From Solirubrobacteraceae bacterium (lineage in GTDB: Bacteria > Actinomycetota > Thermoleophilia > Solirubrobacterales > Solirubrobacteraceae), in the NCBI GenBank assembly GCA_035542555.1, contig DATKLF010000112.1, forward strand, positions 25,487-89,486: 64,000 nucleotides of DNA, written 5' to 3'. Each line of letters starts with the position of its first letter. Positions within the stretch are counted from its first letter, which is position 1. The position numbers were made by a program, and so were the translations under genes. This document shows positions 46,800-54,722 of this stretch, piece after piece. The notes under the pieces are model-generated. The model was given only the letters and a program-made list of their open reading frames with translations, had not been told where the DNA came from and searched no databases.

Positions 46800-47399
46800 A
46801 TGCACGCCCGGCCGATGACAAGGGAGGACACCATTTCCGAGGAGCAGGAAGACCTCAACATCGAGGACCTCGAACTGCCAGTGCTCGAGCACATCGAGTT
46901 CGAGTGCGGTGACAACGTCGTGTACCCGCATCACGGCGCCGGCAAGGTCCTCAAGAAGGAAGCCAGGACGATGTTCGGGCAGGAGCGCGTCTATCTGACG
47001 ATCAAGATCCTGCACAACGACATGACCGTGATGGTGCCGTCGGAGAACGCCGCGAAGGCGGGGCTGCGGCGCGTGATCGACGAAGAGACCGTGCAGAAGG
47101 TGCTGGGCGTGCTCTCCGACGACGTCTCGGAGATGCCGAAGAACTGGAACCGGCGCTTCAAGCACAATCGCGACAAGATCAAGACCGGCGACATCTACGA
47201 GCTCGCCGAGGTCGTGCGCAACCTCGCCGTGCGCGAGCACCAGAAGGGCCTCTCGACCGGCGAGAAGCAGATGTTCACGCGCGCGAAGAAGATCCTCGCG
47301 TCCGAGCTGATGTACGCGCTGGACATGGACGACGTGGAGGCCGAGGAGCACCTCGACACGCTGCTCGCCGAGTCCGCCGGCGCGAAGGTCGCCTCGTAG
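46800..47399 (+). CDS. carD: CarD-family RNA polymerase-binding transcription factor
   Basis: GDNVVYPHHGAGKVLKKE. Start uncertain: ATG at 46800 or 46815, GTG near 46881. See the finding on the start codon. Confidence 0.85.
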   Translation: MHARPMTREDTISEEQEDLNIEDLELPVLEHIEFECGDNVVYPHHGAGKVLKKEARTMFGQERVYLTIKILHNDMTVMVPSENAAKAGLRRVIDEETVQKVLGVLSDDVSEMPKNWNRRFKHNRDKIKTGDIYELAEVVRNLAVREHQKGLSTGEKQMFTRAKKILASELMYALDMDDVEAEEHLDTLLAESAGAKVAS

Positions 47400-47407
47400 G
47401 CCGGCCC

Positions 47408-48073
47408 GTGCCGGCGGTCGCGTTGGTCGTGGCCGCCGGGCGCGGCGAGCGCTTGGGCTCCGCGGGGCCCAAGGCGCTCGTCGCGCTGGCCGGGCGCCCG
47501 ATGCTCGAATGGAGCGTCGCGGCGCTGCAGCGGACGGCGGGGATCGATGCGATCGTCGTCGCGCTCCCGCCCGGCGTCGCCGCTCCCGCCGGCTGCAGCG
47601 GGGCCGAGGGCGGGCCGCAGCGCTCGCATTCGGTGCGCAACGCGCTCGCCGCCGCGGGCCCGAAGGCCGACGTGATCCTCGTGCACGACGCCGCGCGCCC
47701 GCTGCTGACCGCCGAGCTCGCCGAGCGCTGCCTGGCCGCGCTCGACGCTGACGGCGGCTGGGACGCGGCGGTGGCCGCCGCGCCGGTGACCGACACGATC
47801 AAGCGGGCGCCAGGCGGGCTGGGAGTCCGCGAGACGCTCGACCGCGCCGAGCTCTGGGCGGTGCAGACCCCGCAGGTCTTCCGTCGCGCGGCGCTCGAGC
47901 GCGCGCTCGCGCGGCCCGCGGCCGAGCTGGCCGCCGCGACCGACGACGCCGTGCTCGTCGAGCGCGACGGCGGGCGGGTGCGCGTCGTGGCCGCCCCCCG
48001 CGAGAACATCAAGGTCACGACCCCGGTCGACCTCGAGCTCGCCGAGCTGCTGCTCGCAGCGCGCGCTGCTTGA
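47408..48073 (+). CDS. ispD: 2-C-methyl-D-erythritol 4-phosphate cytidylyltransferase
   Basis: LVVAAGRGERLGSAGPKALV and VLVHDAARPLL. Confidence 0.85.
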   Translation: MPAVALVVAAGRGERLGSAGPKALVALAGRPMLEWSVAALQRTAGIDAIVVALPPGVAAPAGCSGAEGGPQRSHSVRNALAAAGPKADVILVHDAARPLLTAELAERCLAALDADGGWDAAVAAAPVTDTIKRAPGGLGVRETLDRAELWAVQTPQVFRRAALERALARPAAELAAATDDAVLVERDGGRVRVVAAPRENIKVTTPVDLELAELLLAARAA

Positions 48074-48083
48074 ATCAGGCGCC

Positions 48084-48920
48084 GTGCTGACCGACTACCA
48101 CGTCCATCTGCGGCCCGACGATCCCGACGCCACGCCGGAGCGCTACTTCACCGCCGCCAACGCCGAGCGCTACCGCGAGGCGGCCGCCGAGCGCGGGATC
48201 CAGGAGCTGGGCGTCAGCGAGCACATCTACCGCTTCAGCGAGGCGCTGACGATCTGGGACAACGGGCTGTGGCGCGAATTCGCCCGCGACGACGTGGACG
48301 CATACTGCGCCTTCGTGCGCGAGGAGACCGACCTGCGCCTGGGGATCGAGGCCGACTTCGTGCCGGGCCGCGAGGACCGCGTGGCGAGCTTCCTCGAGCG
48401 CCGCGAGTGGGACTACGTCGTCGGCTCGATCCACTTCGTCGGGCAGGGCGCGCTCGATCACGAGGACTACGACATCTGGGGGATGGGCCAGGGGCCCGAG
48501 AAGGTCTGGGCCACGTACTTCACGTGGCTCGGCGAGCTGGCCCGCACCGGGATCTACGACATCCTCGCCCACCCGGACCTCGTCAAGCACTGGGGGCGCA
48601 GGCGGCCGTTCCCGGAGGGCGACCTGCGGCGCTTCTACGAGCTGGCGATGGACGGCATCGCTGAGTCCGGCATCGCGATCGAGGTGTCGACCGCCGGGCT
48701 GCGCAAGCCCGTCGGCGAGATCTACCCCGCGCGCGCGTTCTTGGAGATGTGCCTGGAGGCCGGCTGCGCGGTGGCGCTCTCGAGCGATGCCCACACGCCC
48801 GAGCAGCTCGGCTACGGCTACGACGAGGCGCTCGAGTGGCTCGCCGACCTGGGCGTGCGCGAGCTCGCCGTCTTCGAGCGCCGCGAGCGGCGCAGCGAGC
48901 CGATCGGGGCCGCGGCGTGA
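48084..48920 (+). CDS. PHP-family phosphoesterase (histidinol-phosphatase HisJ/K-like)
   Basis: MLTDYHVHL, GVSEHIY, GSIHFV, LAHPDLVK, SSDAH metal-ligand pattern. Confidence 0.65.
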   Translation: MLTDYHVHLRPDDPDATPERYFTAANAERYREAAAERGIQELGVSEHIYRFSEALTIWDNGLWREFARDDVDAYCAFVREETDLRLGIEADFVPGREDRVASFLERREWDYVVGSIHFVGQGALDHEDYDIWGMGQGPEKVWATYFTWLGELARTGIYDILAHPDLVKHWGRRRPFPEGDLRRFYELAMDGIAESGIAIEVSTAGLRKPVGEIYPARAFLEMCLEAGCAVALSSDAHTPEQLGYGYDEALEWLADLGVRELAVFERRERRSEPIGAAA

Positions 48921-49399
48921 GCGTGCGCACGGGCATCGGCTGGGACTCCCATCGCCTCGTGCCGGGGCGCCCGCTGATCCTCGGCGGCGTGCGGGTCGAG
49001 CATGAGCTCGGGCTGGAGGGGTACTCGGACGCCGATGTGCTGACGCACGCGGTGATGGACGCCCTGCTGGGCGCTGCGGGGCTCGACGACATCGGCGTGC
49101 ACTTCCCGGACTCGGACCCGCGCTACAGCGGCGCCGACTCCGTCGCGCTGCTCGCCGTCGTCGTCGAGCTGGTGCGCGGGCGCGGCCTGGAGGTCGTGAA
49201 CGTCGACACGACGCTCATGATGGAGCGGCCGAAGCTCGGGCCGCTGCGCGCGCAGATGCGCGAGCGGCTGGCGGCGGCGATCGGCCTGGATCCCGGGCGG
49301 GTGAACGTGAAGGCCTCGACCGGAGAGGGCATCGGCTTCGTCGGACGCCAGGAGGGCGTGGCCGCACTCGCGGTGGCGACGGTCAGCGAGCGGGGCTGA
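48917..49399 (+). CDS. ispF: 2-C-methyl-D-erythritol 2,4-cyclodiphosphate synthase
   Basis: GIGWDSHRL and GYSDADVLTHAVMDALLGA. The GTG overlaps the upstream stop (GTGA). Confidence 0.9.
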   Translation: MSVRTGIGWDSHRLVPGRPLILGGVRVEHELGLEGYSDADVLTHAVMDALLGAAGLDDIGVHFPDSDPRYSGADSVALLAVVVELVRGRGLEVVNVDTTLMMERPKLGPLRAQMRERLAAAIGLDPGRVNVKASTGEGIGFVGRQEGVAALAVATVSERG

Positions 49400-49400
49400 C

Positions 49401-50978
49401 GTGCACGGCGACGAGCTCGTCGCCCTCGCGCTGCTGATCGCCGTCACAGCCATGCTGGTGGGCGCGTACCGCACGCGCATCCCCTACCCGATCCTGCTCG
49501 TCGTCGGCAGCGCCGTGATCGCGCTGATCCCGGGGGTCCCGAAGGTCGAGGTCGACCCGAACGTGATCCTGGTCGTCGCGCTGCCCCCGCTGCTGTACTC
49601 GGCGGCGTTCTTCACGTCGCTGCACGACCTTCGGCGCAACCTGCGCCCGATCGGGCTGCTGGCGATCGGCCTGGTGATCGTGACGACGCTCGCCGTCGGC
49701 GCCGTCGCCCATTTCGTGATCGGGCTGTCGTGGGGCGTCGCGTTCGTGCTCGGCGCCGTCGTCTCGCCGACCGACCCGGTCGCCGCGACGGCGATCGCCG
49801 GGCGGCTCGGCGCGCCCCAGCGGTACGTGGCGATCGTGGAGGGGGAGAGCCTGCTGAACGACGCGAGCGGGCTCGTCGTCTACCGCATCGCGATTTTGGC
49901 CGTCCTCAGCGGGACGTTCTCGCTCGCGGGCGGTGTGGTCGACTTCGTCGTGGGCGCCGGCGTGGGCATCGCGATCGGAGCGCTCGTCGGCGTGGTCGTC
50001 GCCGAGCTTCGCCGGCGCATCGACGATGCGCCGACGGAGATCACGATCTCGCTGCTGACGCCCTACTTCGCCTACCTGCCGGCGGAGGCGCTCGGCGTCT
50101 CGGCGGTCACCGCGGCGGTCACCGCGGGGATCTGGCTCGGCTGGCGCGCACCCGAGCTGATCTCGCCGGAGACGCGCATCCAGGCCTACGCGTTCTGGGA
50201 GATCGTCGTGTTCGTCCTGAACTCCGCGCTCTTCGTGATCATCGGGCTCGAGCTGCGCGGAATCCTCGACGGGCTGGGCGCCGCATCCCCCGGGGAGCTG
50301 CTCGGCGACGCGCTCGTCGTCATCGTGGCGGTGATCGCGGTGCGCTTCGCCTGGGTCTACCCGGCGACCTACCTTCCCCGCCGGCTCTCGGCGCGGATCC
50401 GGGCCCGCGACCCGGCGCCGACACGCGGCTCGGTCTTCCTCGTGGCGTTCACCGGGATGCGCGGCGCCGTGTCGCTCGCCGCGGCGCTCGCGATCCCGCA
50501 CACGCTCGACTCGGGCGCGCCGTTCCCGGACCGCGACCTCGTGCTCTTCCTCGTCTATGCCGTGATCCTCGGCACGCTGCTGATCGAGGGCCTGTCGCTG
50601 CCGGCGATCATCGAGCGGTTCGGGCTCGGCGGGGAGAGCGACGAGGATCGCGAGCTGCGCGCCCGGATCCTCGCGGCGCAGGCGGCGATCGCGCGCCTGG
50701 ACGAGCTCGCCGGCGAGGACTGGGTGCGCCCCGAGACCGTCGAGCGCATGCGCGGCCTGTACGAGTTCCGCCTGCGGCGTTTCGCGGCTCGCCTGGACCT
50801 CGACGACGACGGCAGCCTCGAGGAGGGCTCGCTCGCCTACCAGCGCCTGCGCCGTGAGGCGCTGGAGGCCGAGCGCGGCGAGCTCCTGCGCCTGCGCCGG
50901 GCCGACGAGATCTCCGAGGAGGCGATGCGCCGCGTCGAGCGCGACCTCGACCTCGAGGACGCGCGCCTGGAGATCTGA
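49401..50978 (+). CDS. Na+/H+ antiporter (CPA1/NhaP-type) with a C-terminal cytoplasmic domain
   Basis: Polytopic membrane protein. Motifs LGAVVSPTDPVAA and ESLLNDASGLVVY. The GTG start is 1 nt after the ispF stop. Confidence 0.7.
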   Translation: MHGDELVALALLIAVTAMLVGAYRTRIPYPILLVVGSAVIALIPGVPKVEVDPNVILVVALPPLLYSAAFFTSLHDLRRNLRPIGLLAIGLVIVTTLAVGAVAHFVIGLSWGVAFVLGAVVSPTDPVAATAIAGRLGAPQRYVAIVEGESLLNDASGLVVYRIAILAVLSGTFSLAGGVVDFVVGAGVGIAIGALVGVVVAELRRRIDDAPTEITISLLTPYFAYLPAEALGVSAVTAAVTAGIWLGWRAPELISPETRIQAYAFWEIVVFVLNSALFVIIGLELRGILDGLGAASPGELLGDALVVIVAVIAVRFAWVYPATYLPRRLSARIRARDPAPTRGSVFLVAFTGMRGAVSLAAALAIPHTLDSGAPFPDRDLVLFLVYAVILGTLLIEGLSLPAIIERFGLGGESDEDRELRARILAAQAAIARLDELAGEDWVRPETVERMRGLYEFRLRRFAARLDLDDDGSLEEGSLAYQRLRREALEAERGELLRLRRADEISEEAMRRVERDLDLEDARLEI

Positions 50979-50984
50979 CGCACG

Positions 50985-51032
50985 CCGAGCGTCCCGCGCT
51001 GCCTCGTATAGGCGGCACCCAGGGACGCTCGG
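50985..51032 (+). repeat. Palindromic REP-like element CCGAGCGTCCC-N26-GGGACGCTCGG with a TATAGGCGGCA core
   Basis: 11-bp perfect inverted repeat read directly from the sequence. Same family as 8324..8473 and 9706..9752. Confidence 0.8.
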
Positions 51033-51068
51033 TGCTTGGAGGGCCGCCGGGGCCGTCGGGGCGGCGGG

Positions 51069-51074
51069 TAGATT
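51069..51074 (+). promoter_or_regulatory. -10-like TAGATT ending 7 nt before the cysS GTG (leaderless geometry)
   Basis: TAGATT-GGCGGC-GTG read directly from the sequence. Confidence 0.35.
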
Positions 51075-51080
51075 GGCGGC

Positions 51081-52436
51081 GTGCGCGAGATCCGTCTCCA
51101 CGACACGCGCCGCGGCGAGGTCGTCGCGCTCGAGCCCCGCACACCGGGCGAGGTCGGCATCTACGCCTGCGGGCCGACGGTGTACGCGCGGATCCACATC
51201 GGCAACGCGCGGCCGTTCGTCGTCTACTCGCTGCTCAAGCGCTTCCTCGAGCACGAGGGTCTGCAGGTCACCTTCGTCTCCAACATCACCGACGTCAACG
51301 ACAAGATCTACGACGCCGCGGCGCGGGCCCGGCCGCCGGTCCCCAGCGCGCAGCTGGCCCGCGAGATGGCGGCCGCCTACGTCGCCGACACCGACCGGCT
51401 CGGGCTCGGCCGCCCCGATCACGAGCCGCTTGCCGGCGAGACGATCGGCCCGATCATCGACCTGATCGACGCCCTGATCGAGCGCGGCAGCGCCTACGCC
51501 GCCGAGGGCGACGTCTACTTCAGGGTGCGCACCGACCCCCGCTACGGCGAGCTGTCACACCGCGCCGTGGACGACATGGACCAGGGGGAGGGGCTGGAGG
51601 GCGCCGCGCGCAAGGAGGATCCGCTGGACTTCGCGCTGTGGAAGGCGCAGAAGCCCGGCGAGGACACCGCGTGGGACGCCTCGTGGGGTCGCGGGCGCCC
51701 CGGCTGGCACATCGAGTGCTCCGCGATGGCCGAGGAGCTGCTCGGCGTCGGGTTCGACATCCACGGCGGCGGCAACGACCTCGTCTTCCCCCATCACGAG
51801 AACGAGGCCGCGCAGACGCGCATGGGACGCGGCGCCGAGCTCGCGCGGATCTGGATGCACAACGGCATGCTGCAGCTCTCCGGCGAGAAGATGGCCAAGA
51901 GCGTCGGGAACATCACGCCGCTCGGCGAGGCGCTCGACACCTGGGGCCGCGATGCGCTCGTGCTGTTCTTCTCCACCGGGCACTACCACCAGCCGCTGCA
52001 GTTCTCCGACGAGACGCTCGCGCAGGCGCAGGCGAGCGTGCGCCGCATCCGTGATGCCGGTCGCCGACTCCGCTCCGGCGACTCGCCGGCGGATCTCGAG
52101 CCGCTGCGCGAGCGGTTCTTCGACGCGTTGGCCGACGACTTCAACACCCCGCGCGCGCTGGCCGCGCTCTACGAGTGGATCGGCGAGGCCAACAAGCGCG
52201 AGGGCGTCGGTGACGCGCACGCGCGCGAGATGCTCGCCGTCCTGGGGCTCGAGAACCTGCTCGATGCGGGCGCGGGCGAGCAGCCCGACGAGCAGGCCCG
52301 CGCGCTGCTCGACGCGCGTGAAGCCGCACGCGCCGCACGCGACTGGGCCGAGGCCGACCGGCTGCGCGATGCGCTCGTCGCGCTGGGCTGGGAGGTGCGC
52401 GACTCCGCCGCCGGGCCCGAGCTCGTGCGGCGGTGA
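51081..52436 (+). CDS. cysS: Cysteine--tRNA ligase
   Basis: HIGNARP (HIGH) and KMAKSVGN (KMSKS). Confidence 0.95.
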   Translation: MREIRLHDTRRGEVVALEPRTPGEVGIYACGPTVYARIHIGNARPFVVYSLLKRFLEHEGLQVTFVSNITDVNDKIYDAAARARPPVPSAQLAREMAAAYVADTDRLGLGRPDHEPLAGETIGPIIDLIDALIERGSAYAAEGDVYFRVRTDPRYGELSHRAVDDMDQGEGLEGAARKEDPLDFALWKAQKPGEDTAWDASWGRGRPGWHIECSAMAEELLGVGFDIHGGGNDLVFPHHENEAAQTRMGRGAELARIWMHNGMLQLSGEKMAKSVGNITPLGEALDTWGRDALVLFFSTGHYHQPLQFSDETLAQAQASVRRIRDAGRRLRSGDSPADLEPLRERFFDALADDFNTPRALAALYEWIGEANKREGVGDAHAREMLAVLGLENLLDAGAGEQPDEQARALLDAREAARAARDWAEADRLRDALVALGWEVRDSAAGPELVRR

Positions 52437-53146
52437 TCCTCTACGGGCGCAACGCGGTGCACGAGGCGCTGCGCGCGGGGCGGCGGCGCGTCCACGAGGT
52501 GTGGGCGACGGCGGGCGCCGCGCGCGAGCCGTGGCTGCGCGAGGACGGCGCGCCGCCGGTCCACGTCGTGCCGGCCGACGAGGTCGCGCGGCGCGCGGGC
52601 AGCGACGGCCACCAGGGTCTCTGCGCGCGGACCGACGGCTACCACTACGCCGGCGCGGCCGAGTTGCTGCGCGCCCCCGATCCGCTGATCGTCGCGCTCG
52701 ACGAGGTGCAGGATCCGCAGAACCTCGGGGCGATCTGCCGCACGGCCGAGGGCGTCGGCGCGACCGGGGTCGTGATTCCCGAGCGGCGCGCCGCCGAGAT
52801 CACCCCGGCGGCCTGCAAGGCCTCCGCGGGCGCCGTCGAGTGGCTTCCCGTCGCGCGCGTGCGCAACCTCGCCGACTTCCTGGGTGAGGCCAAGCACGCC
52901 GGCTGCTGGTGCTACGGCGCGGCGACCGGGCCGACGTCGGTCCACTACCTCGAGCCGGACTGGACCGGCGGCGTCGTGCTCGTGCTGGGCGCGGAGGGGA
53001 AGGGCCTGCGCCCGCGCGTCGCCGGCGCGTGCGACGCGCTCGTGGCGCTGCCGCTGCGCGGGCGCATCGAGTCGCTGAACGTCAGCGCGGCCGCGGCGGC
53101 GCTCCTGTACGGGATCTTGCAGCGACGGGTTGACAGCGCTTCATAA
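52433..53146 (+). CDS. rlmB: 23S rRNA (guanosine-2'-O)-methyltransferase RlmB (SpoU/TrmH)
   Basis: LDEVQDPQNLGAICRTAEGVGA, LVLGAEGKGLR, IESLNVSAAAAALLY. The GTG overlaps the cysS stop. Confidence 0.85.
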   Translation: MILYGRNAVHEALRAGRRRVHEVWATAGAAREPWLREDGAPPVHVVPADEVARRAGSDGHQGLCARTDGYHYAGAAELLRAPDPLIVALDEVQDPQNLGAICRTAEGVGATGVVIPERRAAEITPAACKASAGAVEWLPVARVRNLADFLGEAKHAGCWCYGAATGPTSVHYLEPDWTGGVVLVLGAEGKGLRPRVAGACDALVALPLRGRIESLNVSAAAAALLYGILQRRVDSAS

Positions 53147-53158
53147 CTGTGGGATAAA
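53130..53158 (+). promoter_or_regulatory. Sigma-70-type promoter candidate TTGACA-N17-GATAAA (with TG at -15/-14) at the rlmB 3' end, upstream of sigH
   Basis: Read directly from the sequence. It sits in a locally GC-poor stretch (53140..53330). Confidence 0.4.
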
Positions 53159-53216
53159 GCCCGCGACTTGAGGGTCAACCTCAGGTCGAGAAACATGAAG
53201 GTTTGATCGTTCGCAG

Positions 53217-53936
53217 ATGGCGCCAGGGGAGGAGTGCGCCACTGAGCTCGTCCATGTTGTCCCTGCAAAGGGACCGAAAGGATCGCTCGTGGCCCGTCTT
53301 TCCACTTCTTCTCAAGGTCAGGTTCAGGTCGATGACGGCTACCTGATCGCGCTCGCCAAGGCCGGTGACCCGACCGCGTACGACCGGCTGATCCGCCGCT
53401 ACTACGGCTTCGTGCGCCTCAAGGCCTCGTCGTACTTCCTCGCGGGGGGCGACGCCGACGACCTCATCCAGGAGGGGCTCGTCGGCCTCTACAAGGCGAT
53501 CCGCGACTACCGCACCGACCGCGAGTCGAGCTTCCGCAACTTCGCGGAGCTGTGCATCACGCGTCAGATCATCACGGCCGTGAAGACGGCCACGCGCAAC
53601 AAGCACGTCCCCCTCAACCAGTACGTGTCGTTCGCCTCCTCGCCGGCCGGCGCCACCGAGGGCGAGCCGACGCTCGACGAGGTGCTTCCCGGCTCGACGG
53701 TGCACGACCCGGTCAACCAGGTGATCTCCTCCGAGGAGCTTCGCTCGATGGTCGCCTGCCTGTCGACGACGCTGTCCGAGCTCGAGTCGCGGGTGCTCTC
53801 GCTGTACCTCGACGGACGCTCCTACGATGCGATCGGCGAGTTCATCGGCTGCGACACGAAGACCGTCGACAACGCCCTGCAGCGCGTCAAGCGCAAGGTC
53901 GGGGCCCACCTGGCCGCGCGCAGCGTCGTCTCGTAG
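53217..53936 (+). CDS. sigH: Sigma-70 family sigma factor of the Firmicute SigH (Spo0H) type
   Basis: FRNFAELCITRQIITAVKTATRNKHVPLNQYVS and LYLDGRSYDAIGEFIGCDTKTVDNALQRVKRKV closely mirror the B. subtilis SigH regions as I remember them. Alternative start GTG at 53289, preceded by AAGGA. Confidence 0.75.
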   Translation: MAPGEECATELVHVVPAKGPKGSLVARLSTSSQGQVQVDDGYLIALAKAGDPTAYDRLIRRYYGFVRLKASSYFLAGGDADDLIQEGLVGLYKAIRDYRTDRESSFRNFAELCITRQIITAVKTATRNKHVPLNQYVSFASSPAGATEGEPTLDEVLPGSTVHDPVNQVISSEELRSMVACLSTTLSELESRVLSLYLDGRSYDAIGEFIGCDTKTVDNALQRVKRKVGAHLAARSVVS

Positions 53937-53952
53937 GCGGCGCTCGGCGAGC

Positions 53953-54588
53953 TCAGCTCTGCGCGACCAGCGCGCGCAGCAGCCGGTCGAGCAGCGGGCG
54001 GTTGCGCTCGGCCACGCCCGGGCGCGGGTGCGTGATCTCCTCCAGGCGCAGCCCGTCGATGAGCGCCGCGAGGATGTGCGCATCCTCGCGCGGGCGCGGC
54101 GAGCCGGCCCGCTCGAGGGCGTGCGCGCTCAGTTCCTGCACCTTCGTGCCCCACTCGGCGTGCGCGGCCTCGAGCTCGGGGCTGCGCTCGGCTTCGAGCT
54201 GCAGCTCGTAGCCGGCGCGCACGACGAGCCACTCGTCGGCCAGCTGGTCGTCGAGCCAGGCGGTCAGCAGGTCGACGAGCGAGTCGATGTCGTGGACGTG
54301 CTCGAGGGCCGCGGTCGTCGTGGCCTCGACGCGGGCGATCTCGTTGGCCGCGACCTGGCGCAGCGCCGCGTCGACGATCTCCGCCTTGGAGGCGAAGTGG
54401 TAGGTGGTCGAGGACAGCGAGACACCGGCCTCCTCGGCCACCGCGCGGTGGGTCACCGCGGCGGTGCCGCCGCGCCCGATGATGCGGATCGTCGCCTCGA
54501 CGATCGCCGCGCGGATCTCGTCCGGCGGAAGCCGGCGCGCGGGGCGCCGCGAGGTTCGGGAGGGCGGGGCTGAGGGCAACTGGCGCAT
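53953..54588 (-). CDS. TetR-family transcriptional regulator
   Basis: Start at MRQLPSAPP (54588) after GAAGG. HTH AVTHRAVAEEAGVSLSSTTYHFASKAEI. Confidence 0.8.
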   Translation of the reverse strand: MRQLPSAPPSRTSRRPARRLPPDEIRAAIVEATIRIIGRGGTAAVTHRAVAEEAGVSLSSTTYHFASKAEIVDAALRQVAANEIARVEATTTAALEHVHDIDSLVDLLTAWLDDQLADEWLVVRAGYELQLEAERSPELEAAHAEWGTKVQELSAHALERAGSPRPREDAHILAALIDGLRLEEITHPRPGVAERNRPLLDRLLRALVAQS

Positions 54589-54603
54589 GTGAAACCTTCG
54601 GGA

Positions 54604-54647
54604 GGTACGTTTGTACCGTAGAAGCCTGTCCTGGTACGTTTGTACCG
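54604..54647. promoter_or_regulatory. Two identical 15-bp sites GGTACGTTTGTACCG (each with the inverted repeat GGTAC-N4-GTACC) spaced 29 bp apart; candidate TetR operators
   Basis: Copies at 54604..54618 and 54633..54647, in the divergent region between the TetR gene and the multicopper oxidase gene. Confidence 0.6.
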
Positions 54648-54722
54648 CATCCGGGGCGGGCGCGTCCAACGCCCGCGGCAGGGTCATGAGCCGCGGCTTC
54701 TACAACCCACGGACCTCTCGAC

